A model generated the notes under the pieces. It saw only the letters and a program-made list of their open reading frames with translations, ran no database searches and had not been told where the DNA came from. From positions 4,966,245 through 5,030,244 of the forward strand of contig CAVNZM010000009.1 in NCBI GenBank assembly GCA_963693365.1: a DNA stretch of 64,000 nucleotides, in the 5' to 3' direction. The translations under genes and the position numbers were made by a program. Within the stretch, counting starts at the first letter, position 1, and every line of letters begins with the position of its first letter. This DNA comes from Amoebidium appalachense. Its lineage: Eukaryota; Protista; Ichthyosporea. Shown piece by piece: positions 11,071 through 20,977 of the stretch.

Positions 11071-11380
11071 TGGAAATCAGAGAACACCATTGGATCCCCA
11101 GACCCGCCTTGGGGGTCGTCTATCATCTTCTCTTTGGAAATCAGAGAATACCATTGGATCCCCAGACCCGCCTTGGGGGTCGTCTATCATCTTCTCTTTG
11201 GAAATCAGAGAACACCATTGGATCCCCAGACCCGCCTTGGGGGTTCTCTATCATCTTCTCTTTGGAAATCAGAGAACACCATTGGATCCCCAGACCCGCC
11301 TTGGGGAACCTCCAAGCCGCTAATGCACTGGCAGGGCAGATCACCGTCTTCTCCTTGGAAATCAGAGAGTACCATTGGAT
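11071..11380. repeat. 64-bp tandem repeat (3 full units, a partial fourth, plus degenerate copies)
   Basis: TGGAAATCAGAGAACACCATTGGATCCCCAGACCCGCCTTGGGG at 11071, 11135, 11199, 11263; partial copies at ~10887 and 11356. Confidence 0.95.
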
Positions 11381-11461
11381 TTCTACAGGGCAGACCTGCA
11401 GGGCAGGTCCCACGAAAGCTCTGCAAGTCGGTGAATGATTCGTGTCTTTATTACCTTCACC

Positions 11462-12739
11462 TTAACCAAATACAGCCAGTGCCAAGTCCTTGGTATCGCC
11501 AGGATCCATAAAGGCTTCGGCCATGTCGGCAAGAACCGGGGCCAGGCACGCAAAGTCCACCCCAAACATCTCCCGTTCGATGTTTTCCTGGTACAGCTGC
11601 TGGTGCACAAACTTTTCTGCATCCCTCAGATTCTGAGTGGGGACAGGTAGAGCAAACAGAAGACGTTTTTGCGCATCAGTATGCCAAGTCGCGGCCTCAC
11701 GCATACGTCCACTCACGTTCTTCATGCTTAGACCAATTTTTAAGCAAGGGACTGCCCCATACTTGGAAACAAACACATAGACTCCCGGGACCTGCTGGGT
11801 ACAGGTGCGCTGGGTGACGTTGCGAAGTCGTTTGGAGGCCTTGATGTATTCTGGTGGCAGATAGTCCTCCTCGGTGCGCATCTCACGTTGCAGCTGCAGG
11901 AGGCGGATCTCCATTTCGATCTTGTCCCGTTCAGCATGCAGCTTGTCCCGCTCGGCGTTAACCTTTTCTGTTTGCCTTTCCAAGATCCGACATTCTTGTT
12001 GCATGGTCATCACCTTTGCTTGGGCCTCCCGAAGGACGGGATCGTGAACCATCATGTACCTCTCATACCGTGCCAGCTCGGATTCTCGCATGACACGCGG
12101 CTTAACAGAACGGGTGTGATCTTCCACTTCATAATTCGCGCGCTTGGGCCTTGTGTGAAGGGGCCCAACAGATTCTGTGCCTGCCGCCGCATCTGTCTCC
12201 GTCAGGACACCGCCAACTGCCGAGTAATCTCCAGAATAGCACTTTCCCATGACGCTGCACCATTTGGCATGAAAGGTCTTATCGACATGCTCCATAAAAG
12301 CACCGGCCAAATCAATCAAAATCCATGTTCCCTTGTAGACCTCCTTGTCTGACTTCTGGTACTGGCAACGACTGGTGTCCAGAACCAGGAAATCAGTTTT
12401 TGGACCCCCTTGGTCATGCCCTGACCCGCCTCGAGGGATCTCAAGGCCGCTGATAGACTTTTCAAGGCGGCTTTTGATGGCCTCAATCAGCCGTCTTGTG
12501 CTGCTCAACCGGTAGAAGTCGGCCCACCGGCTACCGACATGGTGTTCGAGTTTTGAAGCGTTGATCCAAAGGCGCCCTTTACGCACCTCACCATATGAGA
12601 GTATGTTCTTCTCTTCGTCTATTATTGGGATTATCTCCCCCTCCTTCAGAACTTTTCCATCACGCATAACCACTCTCTCCGAGGATTGCGATTGGGTCAC
12701 TGATGTGTAGTCTGGTGGCTGGGGTATGAGGGTGGCCAT
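11462..12739 (-). CDS. KilA-N domain protein with C-terminal T5orf172/GIY-YIG-like domain
   Basis: WINASKL...WADFYRLSST...KGTWI (KilA-N); GVYVF...LKIGLS...RMRE...AEKFVH...REMF. Confidence 0.85.
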   Translation of the reverse strand: MATLIPQPPDYTSVTQSQSSERVVMRDGKVLKEGEIIPIIDEEKNILSYGEVRKGRLWINASKLEHHVGSRWADFYRLSSTRRLIEAIKSRLEKSISGLEIPRGGSGHDQGGPKTDFLVLDTSRCQYQKSDKEVYKGTWILIDLAGAFMEHVDKTFHAKWCSVMGKCYSGDYSAVGGVLTETDAAAGTESVGPLHTRPKRANYEVEDHTRSVKPRVMRESELARYERYMMVHDPVLREAQAKVMTMQQECRILERQTEKVNAERDKLHAERDKIEMEIRLLQLQREMRTEEDYLPPEYIKASKRLRNVTQRTCTQQVPGVYVFVSKYGAVPCLKIGLSMKNVSGRMREAATWHTDAQKRLLFALPVPTQNLRDAEKFVHQQLYQENIEREMFGVDFACLAPVLADMAEAFMDPGDTKDLALAVFG

Positions 12740-12824
12740 CTATAAGTGCGTAGATAATATTTTTCCCGGCTTTTTTTTGGTGGGGGGGGGGATAAAAGCT
12801 TATCTCCCCCCACCATACACCACA

Positions 12825-13397
12825 ATGCGTGTGGCCGCCATCGACATCGGCTTCCTCAATCTCGTCGTGTGCGTGCTCAGCACCACCGACTCCCCAAACA
12901 CCCCCTTCATCATCCACACGTGGGACCGCTGGCTCGTGGGCAACCCGGACACCACGGCCACGGTGCTGGTCGAGCTGCTGCTGCGCCGGCTGCACGAGGA
13001 CCGCGCGCTGTTCGCGGACGTCGACATGGTCGTCATCGAGCGCCAGATGGTCACCAAGCTGAGCGTGCTGGCGCACGCCCTGCAGGCGTACTTCCTCACC
13101 CTCAGATTGACCAATGGCCACGGGCCCGGCGTGGTGCTGCAGCACGGCACGCGCAAGAACCAGTGCGGTGCGTGGCTCGCCCGCCACGGAATGGCCCCCG
13201 CGGAGACGGGCAAGGCGGTGTATGCGGTGTACAAGCGGCGTGCGGTGGTCGACACGCTGCAGGCACTCAAGCTGCAGAGTGAGCAGGGGTGGCGGGACAA
13301 GTTTGGGCGGGAGGGCAAGAAGGACGACATGGCGGACGCGCTGCTGCACGGGCTGTGGTACCTGTTCTGTCGGACCCAGAAAGGGGGGTCACGCTGA
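12825..13397 (+). CDS. RuvC-like Holliday junction resolvase (poxvirus A22 type)
   Basis: AIDIGFLNL, VVIERQ, KKDDMADALL catalytic motifs intact. Confidence 0.92.
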   Translation: MRVAAIDIGFLNLVVCVLSTTDSPNTPFIIHTWDRWLVGNPDTTATVLVELLLRRLHEDRALFADVDMVVIERQMVTKLSVLAHALQAYFLTLRLTNGHGPGVVLQHGTRKNQCGAWLARHGMAPAETGKAVYAVYKRRAVVDTLQALKLQSEQGWRDKFGREGKKDDMADALLHGLWYLFCRTQKGGSR

Positions 13398-13443
13398 GGG
13401 CATATGCAGGCAAACGGACAGTGTACAAAATAAAATTGGCAAT

Positions 13444-13640
13444 TCATCTCTTTATTGCTTTCTCATAGACCGGCTTCCGGTCCCATGGACCGGAGGTAGA
13501 GATTGGCCCGTTGGTTGTCGGTGTCGAGCTTGACTGCATATCTGCACTGCAGATTTTCCCCTCCAACTTAGCAATGAGTTCCTTTGTCCCCTTCAACTTG
13601 TACCAATCAAACCAAAACTGTCTGCGCCCCCCACCCCGGG
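13444..13640 (-). pseudogene. KilA-N gene remnant
   Basis: WFDWYKLKGTKELIAKLE resembles the KilA-N core helix; no proper start. Confidence 0.55.
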
Positions 13641-13778
13641 CTGTCACAGTGGTACCTGTTCTGCAGGCGTGGGAGGTCGGGGAAGATGTAAGAATAAAGC
13701 GCTTTGTTTCATGGAGACTCAATGCTACACGGATGACAATTAGCCTAGCTCAGGGTATGAAAAAGCATGCCTGAGAAA

Positions 13779-15335
13779 TCAACAGCCCAGTCTGGGCTGC
13801 ACGCTGGCGGGGACCAGCCCCTCGTATGCGTTCCTGAACACCTGCGCCGTGTACTTGAACTCGGCAACCTCCGGGCTGTGGGGTACCTCCCGCTCCAGCC
13901 AAACCGCCGTGGCCAAGATGATGGTGTAGGCCTGGCGGGCAGTGATCTCGGTGGACATGACCGCACGTCCCCAGCCGAGTGCTGAGCGCAGCTTGATGGC
14001 GCGCTGGATAGCCATGTCAGCTCCGATGACCCCCACCACTGCCGTGTCGGGCTTGTCGGTGTAGATGTCCACGTTCAGCACCTCGAGTACATAGCGGCGC
14101 ACGAGTCCAACAGAGCCCTTGGTAGACCCTCCAAACATGGCGGCGGTGACGCTGCGGGGAAGGTTGTACAGGCGGTCACGCAGGAAGGGGTTGCCTGTGC
14201 CACCGAGGGCGGAGCTGTCCGGGTCCTCGGGTAGGATGCGGGGGGTGAAGGCCTGGGCCGTGCTGTTGAGGGCGCTGGTGAGGCGGGCCACGTGGGACTT
14301 GCTGTACTCGATGATGAGCTGCTGCTGCTCAATGAGGGTGTCCCGGTCTCGGATGGTCTTGTTGCGCTCCTCGATGGTAATGTTCCGGTCCTCGATTGTG
14401 CGCTGCATGTTCTGGAGCAGCGTCTGCCAGTAGGCAGCCCCGTGCTCCTCGGATCCCCCGGCACCCCCGTTCTCCACGTACTCCCCGAACAGGCGAGCGC
14501 CGCTGCCCTCGGGGAGGGAATCCTGAAGACGACGGTTGGCGCGCACCTCGTCAACCAAAGTCTCGTCACCACCCAGGTAGCGCACGATGAGCTCAGCGGC
14601 CGCAGCCTTGAAAGCAGCAACCTTGGGACCGGTCAGGGCCAGGATGATGCGCACCAGCCCCTTTGCATCGGCGACCGGGCGGGGGTTCTGATGATCAACT
14701 GAGTCGGAATATCCGACCGAGTTAATCAAGGACTGATCTGCGTCCATCACCTCCTTGAATTTGTCCTTGGGGTTGCCATAGCCAATCGCAACGAGCACAT
14801 CAAACACATCCGCCTTCCGGGGCACGGTGTTGGTGCAGCGGATGGTCTTGCCGCTCCAGTCACCACCACCCTCTCCGAACTTGAACAGGGTCGCGGCCAG
14901 CCCGTCGCCGTCGAGGTCCATGCCCGGAACCGCCGTGGGCAGCTGGCGCATGGCTTCGGCAAGGGCCTTGTTGTCCGCCACCTTCCAGATGCTGATGGAG
15001 GGGTCGCCGAGTACACCACGCACGGAGGTTGCGTGCACCTGTTCACGCAGGCGGACGAGGGACAGGGTCTTGCCGGACGGCAGGGTGCGGGTGTCCTGGG
15101 CGACAACCCCAAATCGCTTGGTGTCGCCGAGGGCTGTGGCGGCACGCTCGTGCAGGTCGGTGTGGTCGGAGAGGAGCGCCCAGTAGCGGATGCGGGAGCG
15201 CTCGGGGTCAAGCAGAAGGGTGCGGATGGTGTCCTCAAGGGATGCGTTCTCCTCCATACTGTCGTCCGTGTCCATGCTGTCGATGTTGTCGCTCTGCATG
15301 TTGTTGTTGATGTCCATGTTCTGGGTTGTCTCCAT
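13779..15335 (-). CDS. Bro-N-like domain protein with coiled coil
   Basis: DVFDVL...RPVADAKGLVRIILALTG...RYLGGDETLVDEVRANR; start chosen 45 nt below the TATA motif. Confidence 0.75.
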   Translation of the reverse strand: METTQNMDINNNMQSDNIDSMDTDDSMEENASLEDTIRTLLLDPERSRIRYWALLSDHTDLHERAATALGDTKRFGVVAQDTRTLPSGKTLSLVRLREQVHATSVRGVLGDPSISIWKVADNKALAEAMRQLPTAVPGMDLDGDGLAATLFKFGEGGGDWSGKTIRCTNTVPRKADVFDVLVAIGYGNPKDKFKEVMDADQSLINSVGYSDSVDHQNPRPVADAKGLVRIILALTGPKVAAFKAAAAELIVRYLGGDETLVDEVRANRRLQDSLPEGSGARLFGEYVENGGAGGSEEHGAAYWQTLLQNMQRTIEDRNITIEERNKTIRDRDTLIEQQQLIIEYSKSHVARLTSALNSTAQAFTPRILPEDPDSSALGGTGNPFLRDRLYNLPRSVTAAMFGGSTKGSVGLVRRYVLEVLNVDIYTDKPDTAVVGVIGADMAIQRAIKLRSALGWGRAVMSTEITARQAYTIILATAVWLEREVPHSPEVAEFKYTAQVFRNAYEGLVPASVQPRLGC

Positions 15336-15690
15336 CTTGATGGTTGCTGCAGAATGATGAATTATGGTCTGGACTGCTCCTTTTATACCTTCAGGTCTAA
15401 CCACCGATGGTGCCAAAATCGATGGTGATGGTGAGTTTGGGCACCAAACTAATGAACCCTGAATTTCAGGGATGATGATTATTGTCTCATTCGGATGTTG
15501 ATCACAATTGTCGGACGACCCGACAACAGCGAACACATATCTGACCGCACAATATTATCTGCACTGCAGATTTTTCCGTCCAACTTGGCAATGAGCTGCT
15601 TTGTCCCCTTCAGCTCGTACCAATCAAACCACGCGTATCTGTCACATAATTAGTACGAAAGAGAAGCAAGCCAGAGATATCACAGATATA

Positions 15691-17202
15691 TCACACACTT
15701 GCATTCGGAGTTGTCGATGCTGCGATCCCGATGTCTTCCACAAGCCGCTCCCCATCCCTGCGCCTCGGCAGTCCTGCGGCTTCAAGCTCGGCATCGGTCA
15801 ACACGACCGTTTTCTTGGTTATTACCTCTCGTATTACCTGTCTGTACCGTGGGTCATCAAGATTCGGCTGCACCACATCTATCTCTCCTCCATGCATCTT
15901 AGCCCAGTAGAGTTCGGTCAGTTGCTTCCCGTACAGGGACAGCACGGCCCCGATTTTGTAGACTGCCCGGAATCCTCTGTCCACCTTCTCAAGCTTTGTC
16001 GTTATATGATTGCAGACCCGTTCCCCAATGGTGTTTCCATTGCCCGGTTGGGAACCCCAGTCGAAGCTTGACGTGCGCAGGAGTATGTAGACCATCAACC
16101 AGGAGGCACATGCCGAGTCGTGTATTTCGTTTCTATCGACAAGCCCCTCATACAAAACCCTCCCAAAACTTGTCTGAAGGCTCTTACATACAGATTCGTG
16201 TTGGTAGGTGCGCAGAACTTTCGAGCTTCCAGTGTAACCGGCCCCCTCAAGGAACATACAGAGGGCGTCAGCGATTAGCCCTGCCGGGGCAGACATGTTA
16301 AAGCACTCAACCACCTTGACTTGCGAATCGATAATGATAACAGAAGCATGCTCTGGGCTCGACACATGCATTATATAGTAGCGCTCACGCTCTTGGCTTT
16401 TCAGCCAGGAAGAGAGGTTCGACACAGATGCTTTCGAGCATCTGAAACCCCACTTTCCTGCTGACACCTTCCAAGTGGACATTTTACCATTGTCCGTCAC
16501 AACACCGAGTGCTGGTGTGGACTTGGGGACAGCATCACCATTATACTCTATTTTGAGGGATGTGCCAGGGGAAAAACGAACAGATTTTGGCAGATAGGTT
16601 TGCAGCAGTACGAAGGTGTTGTCCCGAGACATGACGCCACACCCTGCCACAGCCGGTGAGGCTTCAACGGAGCCAACCCCAATCAGCTCGGCCAGTGACT
16701 TCTGAAGATCAACGAGGCCGTTGTACCAGTCAAATAGAAGTGGCCACGTTTTTTGTATGTCCTCCATCATGTCCGAGGGCGTAGGTCTTCCAGGGACAAT
16801 AGCCTGTTTGTACTTTTCGGCCACGTAGGGAGCACACTTCACCACAATCGACCCGAAACGGTGCTTCCGCTGGTCCACGAGAAACCGGCTTTTTGAATCA
16901 TACCTTACAGCAAACTTGTATTCCGTACCCGCTGTTTGACGCATACAAATAAACAACAATCTGTAGCCACCCAGCCCTGCTTCAAAAACCAGAGATGTAA
17001 CACAGGTCAGACAGACTGGTTCGACATCATTTTGAGTGCTCCACAAGTTGATGGAGAGACAGACGTCCTCCATAGCCCACTTGTATGTCTGGGTGTTGCG
17101 GGGTTTCAGATGTGCGTCTTCCAACTTGAAATGTTGGGTATTGCGTTTGACAAACTTGAAGAAGCAGTGGGGCTTTACCGACAATGTCTGTGTTGAAGCC
17201 AT
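15691..17202 (-). CDS. Putative CE-clan-like cysteine protease, paralog B
   Basis: HASVIII...VECFN...LQ...SACASWLMVYILLR; collinear with 5872-7380. Confidence 0.6.
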   Translation of the reverse strand: MASTQTLSVKPHCFFKFVKRNTQHFKLEDAHLKPRNTQTYKWAMEDVCLSINLWSTQNDVEPVCLTCVTSLVFEAGLGGYRLLFICMRQTAGTEYKFAVRYDSKSRFLVDQRKHRFGSIVVKCAPYVAEKYKQAIVPGRPTPSDMMEDIQKTWPLLFDWYNGLVDLQKSLAELIGVGSVEASPAVAGCGVMSRDNTFVLLQTYLPKSVRFSPGTSLKIEYNGDAVPKSTPALGVVTDNGKMSTWKVSAGKWGFRCSKASVSNLSSWLKSQERERYYIMHVSSPEHASVIIIDSQVKVVECFNMSAPAGLIADALCMFLEGAGYTGSSKVLRTYQHESVCKSLQTSFGRVLYEGLVDRNEIHDSACASWLMVYILLRTSSFDWGSQPGNGNTIGERVCNHITTKLEKVDRGFRAVYKIGAVLSLYGKQLTELYWAKMHGGEIDVVQPNLDDPRYRQVIREVITKKTVVLTDAELEAAGLPRRRDGERLVEDIGIAASTTPNASV

Positions 17203-17329
17203 CTACACAACAGCCGAATTTTTCGACATATGGGTGGTTCCCTGGGACAGTTTCGGGTGGGTTCCTGCGCGGGGCTGGGGGGAGGGAGGGGGATTGCGTC
17301 CATTCTGTGACCGATATATGCAAAAGAGT

Positions 17330-17720
17330 TTATATGCCTGCTGCACCGATGCCGGCAGGCTTGACGCAGCAGAAGTCCGGCGCGCACGGCATCGACGTGG
17401 CCCTGCGCCGCTTGCACCGCAGCACCCCGCCGGTCTTGGGGTCCGGTCGGTAGAGGTTGCAGCCCACAAACTGGTTGCACGGTACGAGCGACGGATTCTG
17501 CGGCACCACCGTGCGGCACAGCCACCCGCACCCCACCCCCGGCACCGGCACCTGCGAGCACACGGGCGCTGCGGCGGCCGTCTGCGCAACGAGCCGTGTG
17601 CATCTGGGCAGTACGGTGGGGGTGGGCGTCGGGGTGGTTGGCGCCGGCGTCGGGGGGGGCCGTCACGTAGCTGGCGGCGGCGGCGGCGGCTTGTGCAAGT
17701 AGGGCAACGAGCACGTACAT
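17330..17720 (-). CDS. Secreted Pro/Thr- and Cys-rich protein, frameshifted at G8 run 17652-17659
   Basis: Signal MYVLVALLAQAAAAAA; the shifted frame continues PTPAPTTPTPT...CSQVPVPGVGCGWLC...CAPDFCC. Confidence 0.6.
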
Positions 17721-17779
17721 TACCGTGTGCATGGATAATATTTGTGGGGGCGGGGGGAGGGGGGGAGAGGGGGGGAGAC

Positions 17780-17965
17780 CTTGTTGCTACAAGGTCCTCA
17801 ACGGTCGGCTCCTTGCTTGCCTGCATATCAAACCATGCTGACCTTGCAGCATTTGACGAGCCAAGCACAATGGTAGCGGTATCCAGGACACTACCCTGTG
17901 CATCCTTGATCTTTCCATGGATCCTATATTGGGCATCCTTGAACTGGGGGGACTTGATGTGTCTC
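17780..17965 (-). pseudogene. Truncated paralog of the Bro-N-like domain
   Basis: PQFKDAQYRI...SVLDTATIVLGSSNAARSAWFD aligns with PQFKDATVRI...SVLDVASLVLGTTNAAKCAWAD of 18007-19617. Confidence 0.7.
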
Positions 17966-18006
17966 CTCCTGTGCGAAAAAACGAAACTTTGAAGGTATGT
18001 CGTGGG

Positions 18007-19617
18007 CTACTGTGCTTGCTCCTGGCTGGCTTTCTTGAAGACGCTGATGACGAGGTCCCTTGTCAAGTCGTCCTCCATGTGCTCCCTCGCCATCTCCAGC
18101 ATGGCCACCGCAAAGGTCACAAAGTCCACACGGAACAGCTCGCGCTCAACGTTCTTGTGTTTAAGCGCGGTGTGCAGACACTTCTCTGCAAGCGCCAGCT
18201 GCTCGGACGGCACGGGAAGCGCAAAGAGCAGGCGCTTGTTGGGCCCCACATGCCACGTACCGGCCTGCTTCATGCGGCCCTTCACGTCCTTCAGGCTCTG
18301 GCCGATCTTCAGACAGGGGGGGTCGCCATACTCGGACACAAACACGTAGATACCGGACTGCTGCTTGGTGCACACGTGGTTGGTGACCCGGCGCAGCTCA
18401 TCACTGGCATCCTCGAATTCCGATGGAATGTGGTCCTGCTTGAGATTGTCTGTGGTCTGAAGTTCCAGAAGCCGACACTGCACCTCGAGTTTCAGGCGCT
18501 CCTCGCGAATCAGGGCGCGTTCCTCGCGCATCCTCACGATCTCTGTGTACTGGGAAGATTCTGCAATGCGCGCCTCCTTGTACAGACTCAGTGCAGTTTC
18601 CATCTCGGCCTGGTTGGTCATGAACTGGGTGATGTCTCCGAGCTTCAGTCTCTTGGGCTCCCTCTCGGGGGTGCCGGCCACACCCATTTCCCCCCTCACA
18701 CTGTCGCGCATGAAAGCGTTGGGTCCTGACGGGTTGGCCGCTGCCGTGGCACGGTTACGCTCGATGTCTTCGACCAAGGTCTCGTCCCCACCTTCCAGGC
18801 GCGCTATGTCTCGGGCCCACTTGTCAACGAGGGCAGATCCATAGCGCGAGCCGGATGCCATCTTGAAGGTCAGTTTCACCAACGATGAAGCAGGAACACC
18901 AATCGAGGGTCGCTTTGAATCGCCGAACCTCAAAGGCCTCATGTTGAGGCCTTTGATTTCCTCTTCATTCTCATAATGTCGTCTGACATACTCAGCGGCC
19001 GCATGTCTGTCTAAATTGCGCACTAGCATTGCATAATCAACAAGACTGGCGTATTTAACACCTTCGGATTGAGCAACTCGCACTACATAGTCACCAATGC
19101 AGATGGTGTCGCCTTTTTTTGCGGCGACCTCGTTTCCGGTCAATACCACATCTGTGTGTTCGGAATTCATAGTTTGGGAAACTGAGGTGTTGTCATGTGT
19201 GTTCAGTCCTTTTATACCTTCGGCCTCGCTCACATGGTTAACTTCGTTGGACATCAGGCGCTTGATATAATTGGCACAGATCCTTCGGAACTTGTGCGCG
19301 CGCTTGCCAGGGAGCAGGAAGATGATCTCGACGATGAACTTGAAGGGAGCTACAGGTGTCAACTTGCCCCTTCCATCGATGCGGAGAACGTGGTGTCCCT
19401 CAGACACCATCTTCTTGATGTTGGAGTCTGTGGAATTCCTAAGGTCTGCCCATGCACACTTCGCTGCATTGGTGGTGCCTAGTACCAGGGATGCTACGTC
19501 CAGCACACTTGCCATCTTGGTATCTTGGTCAATGCGAACAGTAGCATCCTTGAACTGGGGGAACTCCCTCCACAGAAGCGACATGTCCACCTTTGAGTTG
19601 GTCTGTCCGGTAGCCAT
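18007..19617 (-). CDS. Mosaic protein: two Bro-N-like domains plus T5orf172/GIY-YIG-like domain
   Basis: N-terminus parallels 2593-3486; GGDETLVEDI motif; C-terminus parallels 11462-12739. Confidence 0.82.
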   Translation of the reverse strand: MATGQTNSKVDMSLLWREFPQFKDATVRIDQDTKMASVLDVASLVLGTTNAAKCAWADLRNSTDSNIKKMVSEGHHVLRIDGRGKLTPVAPFKFIVEIIFLLPGKRAHKFRRICANYIKRLMSNEVNHVSEAEGIKGLNTHDNTSVSQTMNSEHTDVVLTGNEVAAKKGDTICIGDYVVRVAQSEGVKYASLVDYAMLVRNLDRHAAAEYVRRHYENEEEIKGLNMRPLRFGDSKRPSIGVPASSLVKLTFKMASGSRYGSALVDKWARDIARLEGGDETLVEDIERNRATAAANPSGPNAFMRDSVRGEMGVAGTPEREPKRLKLGDITQFMTNQAEMETALSLYKEARIAESSQYTEIVRMREERALIREERLKLEVQCRLLELQTTDNLKQDHIPSEFEDASDELRRVTNHVCTKQQSGIYVFVSEYGDPPCLKIGQSLKDVKGRMKQAGTWHVGPNKRLLFALPVPSEQLALAEKCLHTALKHKNVERELFRVDFVTFAVAMLEMAREHMEDDLTRDLVISVFKKASQEQAQ

Positions 19618-19654
19618 CCTGTGTCAGACTGACCCCAGTTGGCTGTGTGTGCGC

Positions 19655-19665
19655 CTTTTATACCT
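19655..19665 (-). promoter_or_regulatory. AGGTATAAAAG TATA-box promoter (representative copy)
   Basis: Same 11-mer at 3523, 15380, 19209, 21864 and 25326 (minus) and a variant at 1080 (plus). Confidence 0.75.
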
Positions 19666-20441
19666 GCGCGTGGCGCCCTCGGTCGTGCTGGGGGGGGGTG
19701 GGTTGAAAGAACTTGAGGGATCCCCAAATCTCAAAAGCGTTTTATTTCTTCTTCGTACTGCGGCCCTGCGCGGGGTGGGGGGGCTGGGGGTGGCTGGGGG
19801 GGCTGGGGGTGCGCTTGTGCCTTGTGCGACTTGTGTACCTTGTGTGCATGCGTGCACGTGGGCCTTGGGTGCCGCGCATGCCTCGCGTGCCTCGCGTGCC
19901 TCGCGCGCAGGTGCATGGGGAGCGCTTGCATCCAGTGCAAAGTCCATTATTTGTTTACTTTATTACTCAGGCAGAACAACCCGGTTTGCCACGCGGTATG
20001 CTTGCAAGAGGTTGTCGATGGTGCCTGGTGGGGTAGGGCCGACCCCAGAATACAAAAGGTCCAACGTAAAAATTTTCAGTTTGAGTTCCGGTGCAAGGGA
20101 AGACCACTGCATCGTGCAATCAACATACACAGCGGTTTACAGGCGTGTCAGGAACGAGCAGACTGTGTACGAGCTGGCATGTCCGAGGATTTTGGTTTGG
20201 GACCTGCTTGCTCTCCGACATTTCATTGGCTGCTGAAACTGTGCACTGGCATTGTATGACCGCGCCGCGATCTGATTGGACCATTAAAATGGGGCATCCA
20301 TCGACTGCTCATGGTGGCGCTCGCGGGCTCGCGGGCAGGTGCCCGTGTGCCGGTGTGCCCGTGTGCACGTGTGCCCGCGTGCCTCGCGCGCTGGGTGGGT
20401 GTGTGTGTCGTGTTCGCGTGTGCCTTATGTGACTTGTGTCC

Positions 20442-20810
20442 TGTCATCTTGACATCTTGGTGTATCCGGTTCTGGGCCTAGGTTTTCCATGTCATAATTG
20501 TGTGCACTGGATCTGGGTGATCGTGTAAGGGTCTGATTCGCTTATTGTCATCTTGACATCTTGGTGTATCCGGTTCTGGGCCTAGGTTTTCCATGTCATA
20601 AAGGTATGACTCGCTTATTCATCTTGATCACACCAATTCAAAGCATCATGCCAATGCCGGGCACAGCCTATGTTCGCATACGCGTTTCGACCCTTTCACT
20701 TTTTTCCTAATCATTAACATTTATCATTCTAGCACACTGAATACATTCAATTCCATGCACATCTTGGTGTATTCGGTTCTTGGGCCTATTAGGTTTTCCA
20801 TGTCATAGTT
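20442..20810. repeat. ~55-bp direct repeat, three copies
   Basis: CATCTTGGTGTATCCGGTTCTGGGCCTAGGTTTTCCATGTCATA near 20450, 20555 and (degenerate) 20760. Confidence 0.85.
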
Positions 20811-20977
20811 GTGTGGACACAATGTCTTTGATGTAGCAACTCCTGGAAAAACACACATACGCTTCCAAAACAATCCAGAATACTATTCTGCCTGTTAGGG
20901 ACACAGAAATCGCTGGTGTGATCCTGTTTGGGGAGGTCCTAGAGCTGGTTGTGTTTATTTATTTGGGGTCTGCAGAT

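Noticed and set aside
11071-11380. CRISPR-like array
   Set aside because: Units are near-identical end to end, with no unique spacers and no cas genes
12825-13397. Fanzor/TnpB RuvC
   Set aside because: Only 190 aa with compact A22-type motifs; no zinc finger or split RuvC layout
13539-15631. Diversity-generating retroelement TR/VR pair
   Set aside because: Mismatches are not adenine-specific and there is no reverse transcriptase in the window
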